From a virus: a stretch of 64,000 bases of DNA. Below are positions 55,317 to 63,966 of this stretch, piece by piece (position 1 is the first letter of the stretch; every line of letters begins with the position of its first letter). The position numbers and the translations under genes were made by a program. The DNA lies in IMG/VR virus record IMGVR_UViG_3300027917_000019, positions 101,820 to 165,819 of that record; one strand, 5' to 3'. Under the pieces are notes generated by a model. That model saw only the letters and a program-made list of their open reading frames with translations, was not told where the DNA came from and searched no databases.

Positions 55317-56075
55317 CTACAGCAGCCAGATTTCGGAGTCGAACCCTACGTATGTTTGTAGGTAGTACTTTATGGGAACTTCGACTAGGACCTGATACCC
55401 CCCGTTTAGCCTTCCTTCTTGCACGCGCGATAGCCAAGTCTTGATTGCGCGCTCCCCTTCTATTTCCGAAAGCGTAATAGCTCGTTGTGGTTGCCCCCCA
55501 AACATTGCCAAATGCTTTTTGATGCGGGCGCTCCAGGACGTGGAAAGGGGCCAGATCTCTACCTGTCCATTTTGGTTGCGTTCAAAGCTGACGAAGAACG
55601 CTTGTGTGCTTCCTGGAGGGCGGACGATCGTAGCTGGGTCAATCTCTACCACGTCTGGCTTGAAAGGAATAACCATTCGGGGCAGGAAGGGAACCACCTT
55701 TCTATAAACGAAGCGTTTATTTAATTCGAGGTATGTGCGAGCCTTTGAAAACCACACACTGAATGGCAGCCTGAAGTTATCACTACAGAGATTCATCACA
55801 TCCCGACAGTTTGACTGAACCGTCCCCGGAACGTTTACGATGTTGAGTGTAATCGTTTGGTGTTCGTAGTCCAAAGAAACAATCTCTGTGTCTAGGTACA
55901 CAGCCTTAGAAAGATAGGACAAGACTGCACCTTGAAAGATGTGTACGTCTACAACGCCTGAAAACTTTCTCCCGTAGTGGTCAAGAACAACCGGAGTTGT
56001 AGTTGAACACCCTACAGTTACACCTGCGATGCGTTTTGGAAACCCGGTCGGGAAGGGGTGGGAGATAACAGTCAC
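55317..56075 (-). CDS. Hypothetical protein
   Basis: 252-aa ORF, GTGA overlap. Confidence 0.6.
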   Translation of the reverse strand: MTVISHPFPTGFPKRIAGVTVGCSTTTPVVLDHYGRKFSGVVDVHIFQGAVLSYLSKAVYLDTEIVSLDYEHQTITLNIVNVPGTVQSNCRDVMNLCSDNFRLPFSVWFSKARTYLELNKRFVYRKVVPFLPRMVIPFKPDVVEIDPATIVRPPGSTQAFFVSFERNQNGQVEIWPLSTSWSARIKKHLAMFGGQPQRAITLSEIEGERAIKTWLSRVQEGRLNGGYQVLVEVPIKYYLQTYVGFDSEIWLL

Positions 56076-57151
56076 ACACTAACCTTTGCACCGGTCGCGT
56101 TGATGTGTTCGAAGATTTCCTTAGCAAGAGTCATGTAGAGCCCCGTACGAGCACAGTACCTCTGCAGAGCAAGGTGCTTGAATCCGAGTTCCCCGTTGTA
56201 CATAGCAAGCTCATTCTTACGAGGTTCTGTCTCAAAAGTACGGGCGTAGTTCTGCAAACGTTGTTTGTGCAGATTGCGCTTACCAACAGTGCTCCGTCCT
56301 TCGGGCTTAAAGCGCCATGCCGACCCTGGGCCGCGCCGCATAACAGCCTGAAGTCCTGCTCCATGCGTAAACTTGAGGGCTCGATTGATTAGCACGGTGA
56401 GGTTCTTTTGATGTGCCTCACTCTTTGCGTGCTTACTAATGCGAGAAAAAGACTTGTGACAAACACAACAGACAGATTCACCCCTCTTTTGTGTGTTTAC
56501 CTCTGAGTCGTGCTCGCAAAAGTTTTCGGCGTAGTATGGAGACAGCCACACCTTATTCTGACCCGGCTCTTGCACCCACTGACTGGAGATTTGCCACAGA
56601 CCTGTGTGGGTACGCTCTGCGATAAACCGACCGTCTACCACAAAGGTAAACACCGCGTCCCCCTCCCTCCTCCGGGATCGAATAGAGAAAAGAGGGCAAT
56701 CTGACACTGTTCGCGCGATATTGGTTAGAATTGCAGCGTGTACTCCCTCCCCGTAAGCCCGTTCAGTACTAGCCTCACATTCCGCCTTGAGGTGATTCCG
56801 CCTGCTCCGAGTCTGATCGACGATGCGAGAAACGTTGACTAGTTGCTGCCTAAGTGCGAGACTATCACCAAGCCCGTGTAGGTCGTCTGAAGTCGAATTC
56901 GACAGAACTTTCTTGAGCGCGGCGAGGTAGGCATAACAGGTGCGCCCCCCCATCTCTTCCATAGTAGAGATGACGTCCTCTCCGTGTTTGGCTTCACACT
57001 GACTCTCGATGAATACGACGTTGTTGTCTTCATCGAACATAGCACACACATAGTGCGCGCCATAGCTCCCGTCGTCCTTAGCCGGAGCGAAGGCACAGGG
57101 AACCTTTTCGACAATAGTCAGGGCGATGTTTGGGTTGTAGAAAAAGTCCAT
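56072..57151 (-). CDS. Hypothetical protein with C2H2 (matrin/U1-like) Zn finger
   Basis: CCVCHKSFSRISKHAKSEAH. Confidence 0.6.
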   Translation of the reverse strand: MDFFYNPNIALTIVEKVPCAFAPAKDDGSYGAHYVCAMFDEDNNVVFIESQCEAKHGEDVISTMEEMGGRTCYAYLAALKKVLSNSTSDDLHGLGDSLALRQQLVNVSRIVDQTRSRRNHLKAECEASTERAYGEGVHAAILTNIARTVSDCPLFSIRSRRREGDAVFTFVVDGRFIAERTHTGLWQISSQWVQEPGQNKVWLSPYYAENFCEHDSEVNTQKRGESVCCVCHKSFSRISKHAKSEAHQKNLTVLINRALKFTHGAGLQAVMRRGPGSAWRFKPEGRSTVGKRNLHKQRLQNYARTFETEPRKNELAMYNGELGFKHLALQRYCARTGLYMTLAKEIFEHINATGAKVSV

Positions 57152-57160
57152 CAGTCTTTC

Positions 57161-57382
57161 CTAGGCGTCGGGTCCGTCTTCGTTTTCCCACGCATGCCAA
57201 TTGTACACAGCAATCTGTACTGCGTTTCGGTATGCGGTGAGTCCGTAGAGATTCTGTGATGCCCAGTTCAGGAAACCTTCTTCATCGCACTCATCTACAA
57301 TGTGTGCGGGCATCTCCACAGTCTCCGTTTCCCACGTGTGGTCGTCCCACGCGATGAGGATTTCTACCTTTTTGTTTTCCAT
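57161..57382 (-). CDS. Acidic hypothetical protein
   Basis: AGGAG RBS. Confidence 0.55.
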   Translation of the reverse strand: MENKKVEILIAWDDHTWETETVEMPAHIVDECDEEGFLNWASQNLYGLTAYRNAVQIAVYNWHAWENEDGPDA

Positions 57383-57466
57383 CTTTCTCTCCTAAAGGTT
57401 TGTGGTGTTTGTTAGTGGTTTGCAGCACTGGAGCTGCTGATACCTGGATGTGCCGGGCGCGGTCGA

Positions 57467-57679
57467 TTATTCTTTCGGCCGGAACCCTTCAAAGAAGGCC
57501 ATCCGTGCAGCCTGTATCTCTTCCTCTCCAAGCTCGCCTCCGTCCGGGCCATATACCTCGTCCGTGGACTCCCACTCCACTCCATCCGGAAGCTGCCCCA
57601 TTGCTTGGTAAAGGGCTTTGTACGCAAGCTCCAGATTGTCTTCCTCTACGTCCACACAAACCACAAATCGTGTCGTCAT
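57467..57679 (-). CDS. Acidic hypothetical protein
   Basis: GGAGG RBS. Confidence 0.55.
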   Translation of the reverse strand: MTTRFVVCVDVEEDNLELAYKALYQAMGQLPDGVEWESTDEVYGPDGGELGEEEIQAARMAFFEGFRPKE

Positions 57680-57680
57680 G

Positions 57681-59309
57681 TCAGTCCTCCACTAGAACCT
57701 TTTTGATGAAGGCTGGCACTTCACGGTCACCAGCCACCAAACCAGCGATGATCACCATATCCTTTACCGGCTTATCCGGCCAGGGAGTATCACCATCCGT
57801 GAGCACCACAACCACGTTGGGCGGTTCCTTCATTTCCTGCATGGCCCGGATGCCCACACGCATGTCCGTACCGCCGCCACCCTGCATGGCCTTGATTGCG
57901 TCCTTGAAGTTGGCAATCTCCACAACCTCGCCAGCTTCCGCATCTACACTCAAGAAAACAATCTTGGCGCCTACAGCCTTGCAGATGCCCTCGGTCTCAC
58001 TGCATGCCTTGTGCAGCGGTGACCCAGTGTTCCCTCCACCCATCGAACCGGAGGAGTCTAGAACGAGTCCTACGCGGGGAGCCGGAGAGAACGTGCTTGG
58101 GAAAAGATAACTGCCTCCAGTTGCGGCGGTCATCCTACCCTGGCGCGTCCACGAGCGACTATCATGCCCGTAGGATCGCGTCACAGACTTGCGTACAAGA
58201 CGGCGGAAGTGTACACGCCAATCAACCTTGGGCGGCGTGAGAACCTTCTCAGCCCAGCGCCTCATCCCCGCAGGTACGGTGCCACGCCTTGCGTGCTCGT
58301 CGGAAAGATTCTTTGCAATCTCTCGCTGGATGGCATCATTTTCTGCCTCGGAGATTCCAGGATTCTCGGGCGTGGGATCTCCCGTCTCATAGTCTCGCTC
58401 TTCCCCGTGAGCGCCAGACCCACAGTCTTGTGGTGAGCCATCCTCTAGAGGATCTCCCCCTCCTGCGCCCTGTTCGTACAGTTCATCCTCAAGCTCCTCA
58501 TCCGTGAGGTCATTGGGATTCTTTGACTTCTGCTTCTCTCCCTGGCCTTCCTGCTTCTCTCCCTGGCCTTCCTGCTTCTCTCCCTGGCCCTGCCCTTGAC
58601 CCTGGCCTTGACCCTGTTGCTGCTTTTCTTGCTGCTTCTTATCCTTCAGATCGATAAGCTTGTAGTAGTATTCCTCAGCGATGCGATCGTCAGGAAAGAG
58701 CACGCCATACTGAGCATACTTTGTGTTGTACTCAGTAGGTAGAAGAACACCCGGAGGAAGGCAGAGAAGGGGGAATGGGAGGCTTTGGCTTTGATGCTCT
58801 GCGTGTGCCACTCGGAAAGTTTCCAAGAGATCGTCGTTGATCTCCAGGTCAGCCGCTATGTTAAACAGCTTCCATTGCGCCTGGATCTCTTCTGCTCTCA
58901 GTCCGTGGCGCCGCACAGGGTGTTGCGCCTCATGGCAGATAACTCCTGCCACATAGGCCAGTTCATGGTGGGAAGTAGCTCCGCACGTGCCACAAGGATT
59001 TTCCACACTTACAGCCTGCGCCTTGCGCATCATCCAGTGCGTGAACCCATCATTCACGTACACACGGAAATGCTTGTCCACAGCCATAGTGAGCATTCCC
59101 GCCTCAAGTCCCTTACGAAGCTCGTAGAAGTGTGGGATGAGTGCGGAGATGGCCGGAGCAAACGTTCCAAACACCGTGGAGGCTAGCAGGCGAGCAGCAC
59201 GCCACGAGCCTTCAGGAGTTTCCAGGAGCCTTTCCAGCCCAGATGCCGGCGCCGCTGGCGTTTGCTGTTGCGCTCGTTGCTGGCGAGTAGGTCGGGATCG
59301 TCGAGCCAT
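57681..59309 (-). CDS. DUF2201-type metallopeptidase-like + VWA protein
   Basis: TMAVD, CHEAQH (HExxH), NIAADLEIND, AEEYY, VDWR, DSSGSM, GGGGTDM, TDGDTPWP. Confidence 0.88.
   Translation of the reverse strand: MARRSRPTRQQRAQQQTPAAPASGLERLLETPEGSWRAARLLASTVFGTFAPAISALIPHFYELRKGLEAGMLTMAVDKHFRVYVNDGFTHWMMRKAQAVSVENPCGTCGATSHHELAYVAGVICHEAQHPVRRHGLRAEEIQAQWKLFNIAADLEINDDLLETFRVAHAEHQSQSLPFPLLCLPPGVLLPTEYNTKYAQYGVLFPDDRIAEEYYYKLIDLKDKKQQEKQQQGQGQGQGQGQGEKQEGQGEKQEGQGEKQKSKNPNDLTDEELEDELYEQGAGGGDPLEDGSPQDCGSGAHGEERDYETGDPTPENPGISEAENDAIQREIAKNLSDEHARRGTVPAGMRRWAEKVLTPPKVDWRVHFRRLVRKSVTRSYGHDSRSWTRQGRMTAATGGSYLFPSTFSPAPRVGLVLDSSGSMGGGNTGSPLHKACSETEGICKAVGAKIVFLSVDAEAGEVVEIANFKDAIKAMQGGGGTDMRVGIRAMQEMKEPPNVVVVLTDGDTPWPDKPVKDMVIIAGLVAGDREVPAFIKKVLVED
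58530..58616. repeat. 21-bp tandem repeat (EGQGEKQ) plus QG repeats in linker
   Basis: CTGCTTCTCTCCCTGGCCTTC about 3 copies. Confidence 0.85.
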
Positions 59310-59315
59310 GATTAC

Positions 59316-59343
59316 ACCTTGTGTCGGTTGGGAGATTTGTCAA
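59316..59343 (-). promoter_or_regulatory. Sigma70-like promoter, leaderless
   Basis: TTGACA-N16-CAAGGT-N6-ATG. Confidence 0.55.
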
Positions 59344-59352
59344 GGAGAATAG

Positions 59353-59412
59353 TGGAGGCCAAAGGAATCGAACCTTTGTACGGGAGAGAGGACCGTAGGA
59401 CCACGCGCCCCC
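59353..59412 (-). ncRNA. 60-nt tmRNA-TLD-like / D-stemless tRNA-Ala-like RNA
   Basis: GGGGGCG CGTGGTCC TACGG TCCTCTCTC CCGTA C AAAGG TTCGATT CCTTT GGCCTCC A; G3.U70 and A73. Confidence 0.65.
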
Positions 59413-59468
59413 GTTGCCTCTTCAAATCTTTAGACAAGAAGAGGCGTTTGGGTCTTGCTATCCGCGAG

Positions 59469-60713
59469 TTACTTGCGCTGCCCAGATCCCCGGCTCAGAC
59501 CGGACTTCTCTCGGGCCTTGAACAGCTTGATAGCGACGTCCGGAACAGCCACACCCGGAGGCTTGCGATCCGTGAGAAGCTTCGCAGCACTCATGGCGTT
59601 GTCGGGCTTCTCCTCCAAGACCGGCTCCAAGACTCGCATCGCCCCCGTCCACCTAGCAGGGCGATCCTCACGCTCCTGCTGGGCGGCGATAGCTACCGAA
59701 TCTAGCTGCAGGCGCAGCTTGTCCGGGCGAGCCCAGATGTGGTTGGGAATGCTTGCACGGATGCTTTCCGGCGTAGCTCCCTCCCTCATGGCTGCAGCCA
59801 ACACATCCTCCGGCTCCGCGAGATCGAATTCCCGCAGGTATGCCATGAATGCCTTAGCCACACCCTCACCAAGACAACCTTCCAAAGCCATCATACAAAG
59901 CTTGCTGGACGGTTCCTCGCCTAGCGAAAGGCAGGCTGCCAGCAAACGAATGACATTGGACCACTGCCGCTTGGATGCCCAAGGCTTGTGGCAGTTGGCT
60001 TCCGTTGTGGTGGGCTGGTGCCCCTTCATGGTGTTGGAAAGCGCCGCGTTTTCCGCTACGAAAGCAGTCACAATCGTGGCTGCCACCGGGCGGAAACGTT
60101 GCTCCCAATCCGGCTCCAGGAACCTCACGTGCGCTCCCATGCCCGGACCACCGCGTTCGAAGTCGAGCCAGTCAGCCAGCGGAAGCTCCCACTGGATCTC
60201 GCACACACGGTTGATTTCCGGCGCCGCCCAGTCACGACCGGCCGCAGCACACCAAACAGGGTTTGCAGCGATGATACGCCCGACGGTGTTGGGCAGGGTC
60301 GCATCGCCCGCGCGCCCATCCTGAACGAGCGTCATGGTAGCCGCGCCCACCTGTTGAGGACAGCTACTAGCCTCATCCCCAAACCAGATCCCATACGCGG
60401 CATCGATCAGATCTCGAATATCCTTCAGAGGCATTCGTTCGAGACAGTTCAATTCCTTGTTGTGGGCTGGAATACCTGCGATATCTTCCGGAGCCGTCTG
60501 GGGCAGCGTCGTGGTTGCCACGTGGAATTTCTTGGTGAGCTTGCGCCTGATTGCCTCCTTACCAAGAATTGCTCCCATGACCTCCACGCCCTGGGTCTTA
60601 CCTTCCCCGGGCACATCCACGAGCAGCACAGGCATGGTACGACCACCGTACCAGCCTAGCTGCACACAGATGGACATTAGCTCCATGCAGTAGTTACGAA
60701 ACTTTGCAGCCAT
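59469..60713 (-). CDS. MoxR-like AAA+ ATPase partner of DUF2201/VWA
   Basis: PGEGKT, PEDIAGIP, FGDE, IAANP, NR, S.RQW. Confidence 0.85.
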   Translation of the reverse strand: MAAKFRNYCMELMSICVQLGWYGGRTMPVLLVDVPGEGKTQGVEVMGAILGKEAIRRKLTKKFHVATTTLPQTAPEDIAGIPAHNKELNCLERMPLKDIRDLIDAAYGIWFGDEASSCPQQVGAATMTLVQDGRAGDATLPNTVGRIIAANPVWCAAAGRDWAAPEINRVCEIQWELPLADWLDFERGGPGMGAHVRFLEPDWEQRFRPVAATIVTAFVAENAALSNTMKGHQPTTTEANCHKPWASKRQWSNVIRLLAACLSLGEEPSSKLCMMALEGCLGEGVAKAFMAYLREFDLAEPEDVLAAAMREGATPESIRASIPNHIWARPDKLRLQLDSVAIAAQQEREDRPARWTGAMRVLEPVLEEKPDNAMSAAKLLTDRKPPGVAVPDVAIKLFKAREKSGLSRGSGQRK

Positions 60714-60740
60714 TTTCCTCTCTCTCTTTCTTACTCGTAC

Positions 60741-60768
60741 AGAGTAATGCGTTCTCTCTCTAAGTCAA
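60741..60768 (-). promoter_or_regulatory. Sigma70-like promoter for AAA gene
   Basis: TTGACT-N16-TACTCT, then GAGG RBS. Confidence 0.6.
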
Positions 60769-60782
60769 GCTATCTGTCGTGC

Positions 60783-61406
60783 TCACTTGCCCGAGGTCAA
60801 CCTGGCCCGCGACTTGCGGGAATCGAGCAGGGCAAGAAGCTTTTGCCCCTCGCTGTGGCTCGAAAGCATGGCCCGCACGATATCGGTACGAATCTTCTTG
60901 CTGTTGCGATGAAGCTGGTACAGTTGCTGCTCAACCTCTCTCCGTTCCTCATGGTTCGCGTCAAGTGCACGCTTTTCTTCCTCGGCTTCGTATTCCATGA
61001 CCCCCACAACCGCCTGAACAACCTTTTCTGCGTAGAAAAACTTAGGGGCTCCGTATGACGTGACGGTTTTGCCGTCCCAATTCGACACCGGCCGAAGTAC
61101 GATGATCTCTCCGCTCCAAGTGCCGAGGATCATTTCCGTTCCCGCAAGCTTTTCCAGGTGCAGCTTGACAGACTTGACAGTCCGGCTCTTGGAAAGACTA
61201 GCAAACTGAGCGGCAATCCGCTGCGTGCTCGCGAGTCTGAAAGCTTCCTCAAGCTGTTTCCGCTCTTCTTCAAGCTCTTGCTGCCTGCGCTCCAGACTCT
61301 CCTTCAATTCTTCTACGAAGAGGTCGATGATATCGTTCTTGTTGAGCTTGAAATCCACCCCAGCAGCCTGCAGGGCGGATAGGTCGATGTTCATCTTTAC
61401 AGTCAT
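60783..61406 (-). CDS. Coiled-coil hypothetical protein
   Basis: GAGG RBS; heptads. Confidence 0.6.
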   Translation of the reverse strand: MTVKMNIDLSALQAAGVDFKLNKNDIIDLFVEELKESLERRQQELEEERKQLEEAFRLASTQRIAAQFASLSKSRTVKSVKLHLEKLAGTEMILGTWSGEIIVLRPVSNWDGKTVTSYGAPKFFYAEKVVQAVVGVMEYEAEEEKRALDANHEERREVEQQLYQLHRNSKKIRTDIVRAMLSSHSEGQKLLALLDSRKSRARLTSGK

Positions 61407-61453
61407 TTCTTCCTCGGTTGTAAAAGGTTCTCAGATGTGGGTGGCGCGGTCGA

Positions 61454-62395
61454 TTAGTCGTCCAGAGCAAGCTCGGCCATGCCGAGGCGCTTCTCAATCT
61501 CCTCGATACCGGCGAGGTTGTCCTCCTCTGCCATCTGGTAGGACTCAGCAAGATTCTTGAGAGTCTGGCGCAGCTTGTGAGCCTGGGCGGTCATGGAAGC
61601 CAGGCCACGCTTGCCGATGCGCCTCCCACCACTGTCCATCTTGTCAAGCTCACCCTCCAGACGCCCGCAGACCCGCTCGATTTCGTCCTGCATGGCATCC
61701 GCGATGAGATCGATCGCATCCTCATCCCCGGGGACTACTCCCCGAGTGTAGATGCGAAGCTTTCCACCACCCGTCACGGCGCGCAAAGCTTCCTGTACCT
61801 GCAGCAACAGCTTGACGCGATCCTCATTCCCGCTCTTGGGCAGGAGATACTTTCCCTGGGAGTCGGGAGCCTTGACCGCACCACAGTAGGGCAGAACCCT
61901 CGTGGTGAGCCACACCTTGAGATCGTAGGTGCAGGAGTACACCTCTCGATACTCTCGCTGCTTGTTTCGGATGAAGTCGGCAGCGGGATGGTCCGGCGGA
62001 TCGATCTTGATTGAGTAGCCGTTCCCCGTATCCGAGGGGACGATCCTCGTGGTAACCTTTGTGGCGGCTGCTCCCTCGCCGTCGGAGGTCTCACGGTCCA
62101 GCTTGCTCGGGTCCAGGGCCAGGACCGAGTGGGCAGCGGTTCCCTTGCGCCCCACGGTCACGGTCTGGCTCTCCGCGTTTCCCTTGGAAAGCTCTGCAGT
62201 GGCCCTCTTGAGCGCCACACCCTCGCTCACACCACCCGGCATGAGACCCTGGGGGAAATCGGGAATGCGATCCAGAGCCGCATCCACCTCATCCACACTC
62301 AGGAATCCCCGTGCGGTAGCGGTGACTTCGATCGCTCTCACGCTCGGGTGAGAAACATCGTTCGTGGTCATCTCGTTTTGCAGTTTTTCGCTCAT
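61454..62395 (-). CDS. Hypothetical protein (possibly DUF3150-like, AAA/VWA-associated)
   Basis: GAGGAG RBS before MSEKL; context; helical C-terminus. Confidence 0.55.
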   Translation of the reverse strand: MSEKLQNEMTTNDVSHPSVRAIEVTATARGFLSVDEVDAALDRIPDFPQGLMPGGVSEGVALKRATAELSKGNAESQTVTVGRKGTAAHSVLALDPSKLDRETSDGEGAAATKVTTRIVPSDTGNGYSIKIDPPDHPAADFIRNKQREYREVYSCTYDLKVWLTTRVLPYCGAVKAPDSQGKYLLPKSGNEDRVKLLLQVQEALRAVTGGGKLRIYTRGVVPGDEDAIDLIADAMQDEIERVCGRLEGELDKMDSGGRRIGKRGLASMTAQAHKLRQTLKNLAESYQMAEEDNLAGIEEIEKRLGMAELALDD

Positions 62396-62414
62396 GATCA
62401 ATCTCCTCTCAGCT

Positions 62415-62442
62415 ATTGTGTGTCTGTTCTCGGGCCTGTCAA
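62415..62442 (-). promoter_or_regulatory. Sigma70-like promoter
   Basis: TTGACA-N16-CACAAT. Confidence 0.6.
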
Positions 62443-62853
62443 CTACTTTTCTGGCAAGCAATCCTCGTGCCACTTACCAGCCGCGTCATAGAACGACGCC
62501 TTGATTCGTGCTCTTTTGGGAGGCATCTTGTTGGTATGCTCCCGTACCCACTTCCAAAACTTTCTGGTGCAAGGACCACACACCAGGAAAGTTTCTGTGT
62601 ACTGACAACCACTGGCGGGGTGAGCTACTCCTCCACACTCTGCACAATGGCGTCCTGATGCCTTGTCCACGTGCCCATACTGTCTCCAGATAGCACGCTG
62701 GGCATTCATCCTGAACACCTGTCCTCGCTCCAAGCTCAATCCCAGGAAACCTTCCAAGAAGGCACACAGGAGAGCCAAGGACCTCAGCTCCTCCTTCATA
62801 GCCTCCAAGCCAGCATTATATGTGGCCAGGCTGACTGCGGGCGTTTGACTCAT
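62443..62853 (-). CDS. Zn-finger hypothetical protein
   Basis: CAECGG..CGPC; ATGA overlap. Confidence 0.55.
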   Translation of the reverse strand: MSQTPAVSLATYNAGLEAMKEELRSLALLCAFLEGFLGLSLERGQVFRMNAQRAIWRQYGHVDKASGRHCAECGGVAHPASGCQYTETFLVCGPCTRKFWKWVREHTNKMPPKRARIKASFYDAAGKWHEDCLPEK

Positions 62854-63305
62854 CGGAAATTCCTTTCCTTCGCTGCCCTCTCAGTCGAGCGGTAGTAGCG
62901 GCGCTTCTCTGGGAAAAGAATGTACTGCGCACGCTTGACCATCCAAGCCCACATCTCTTGGAGGTCCCCGCCCAAGCAGGGAATGTTTCCATAGCTTCCC
63001 CCGTCGTCACCACACGCCGTGGCGATCTCATGCACGGTGGAGGGAGACACAAAGATTTCTCCCGTGTCCTGGGCATCCTCCAACGCACACTCCAGTTGCT
63101 CTGCGCTAGTGTATCGCGCGGCATGGAAGCTCAGGTCCAGAGCTTCCTCGGGAGCACGCACCACAAAGCTTCCCTCGATCCCACAATCCTTTTCGCGATG
63201 GGAGGGGACGCGGTACGTCACAAAGATTTGTCCGAAATGAGGCATGCTATCCGATGTCCTTGTATGGTTAGAGGCAGAGAAGGGAGTAGCACAGAAGTAT
63301 GCCAC
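62850..63305 (-). CDS. Hypothetical protein (start uncertain)
   Basis: ORF. Confidence 0.5.
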   Translation of the reverse strand: MAYFCATPFSASNHTRTSDSMPHFGQIFVTYRVPSHREKDCGIEGSFVVRAPEEALDLSFHAARYTSAEQLECALEDAQDTGEIFVSPSTVHEIATACGDDGGSYGNIPCLGGDLQEMWAWMVKRAQYILFPEKRRYYRSTERAAKERNFR

Positions 63306-63334
63306 TCAGCAGCCCCAAGGTGTCCAGGGCGAAA

Positions 63335-63769
63335 TCAGACATTCTGAAGGTCTAGAACTTCTTTGATCTTCTTGTAAGCGTCCGCGAGGGAGAGCCCCTC
63401 CTCTCCAAGCTTTTGGAGGGCGCGAAGCTTCCCCCATCGTTGGATGAACGCGAGCAAGTCTTGCTCCTCAGCCGTCAGGGCGCGGCCCTTCTTTTTCTTG
63501 ATGCTCATAGTGCTTGTCCTCCACGTAACGCTGCCCACCTTCAGACGCTTTCCGATCGCCCGCTGGGCATAGCATTGGTAGTTTTTTCTCTCCCACCACC
63601 ACAACCACTCTGGATTCTCCACGATTTCCAGAGTCTCTGCATGAACCACAAGATCTCCCGACACTATGCGGGCGTGTCGGGCCTGCTCCAGTGTGTCACA
63701 CACTGCAAACACGGTAGCTTTGGGCAGACCATGCCCCTCATCGGGCCCGAAAACCACCAAGTATTTCAT
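63335..63769 (-). CDS. Hypothetical protein
   Basis: ATGA overlap. Confidence 0.5.
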   Translation of the reverse strand: MKYLVVFGPDEGHGLPKATVFAVCDTLEQARHARIVSGDLVVHAETLEIVENPEWLWWWERKNYQCYAQRAIGKRLKVGSVTWRTSTMSIKKKKGRALTAEEQDLLAFIQRWGKLRALQKLGEEGLSLADAYKKIKEVLDLQNV

Positions 63770-63966
63770 GGCTGCTCCGGGATGAGGTAGACTGCCTCAC
63801 CTTGAATGTTTCCTACGTAGCAGCTAGCCCGCTGCTCGGGAGGCAGTTGCCTACCCACCCGACGCGGCGCCGTCTCCCGGGGGAAGCGAGCCCGCATCTC
63901 GCGAGCCATCGCACGAAACTCTTGCACCCGCTGATCCTGGATCAGATACGAGCGCACAAGTCCCAT
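63766..63966 (-). CDS. Hypothetical protein
   Basis: ORF. Confidence 0.45.
   Translation of the reverse strand: MGLVRSYLIQDQRVQEFRAMAREMRARFPRETAPRRVGRQLPPEQRASCYVGNIQGEAVYLIPEQP

Noticed and set aside
59353-59412. Ordinary tRNA-Ala or full tmRNA
   Set aside because: No D stem, 9-nt pyrimidine loop without an Ala anticodon, and no room for a tag ORF or pseudoknots.
57400-60693. Long + strand ORFs (e.g. 57400-58110, 59455-60324, 59988-60659; similarly 49426-50184 and 50832-51488 further left)
   Set aside because: Antisense shadows of well-supported GC-rich minus-strand genes, with no motifs.
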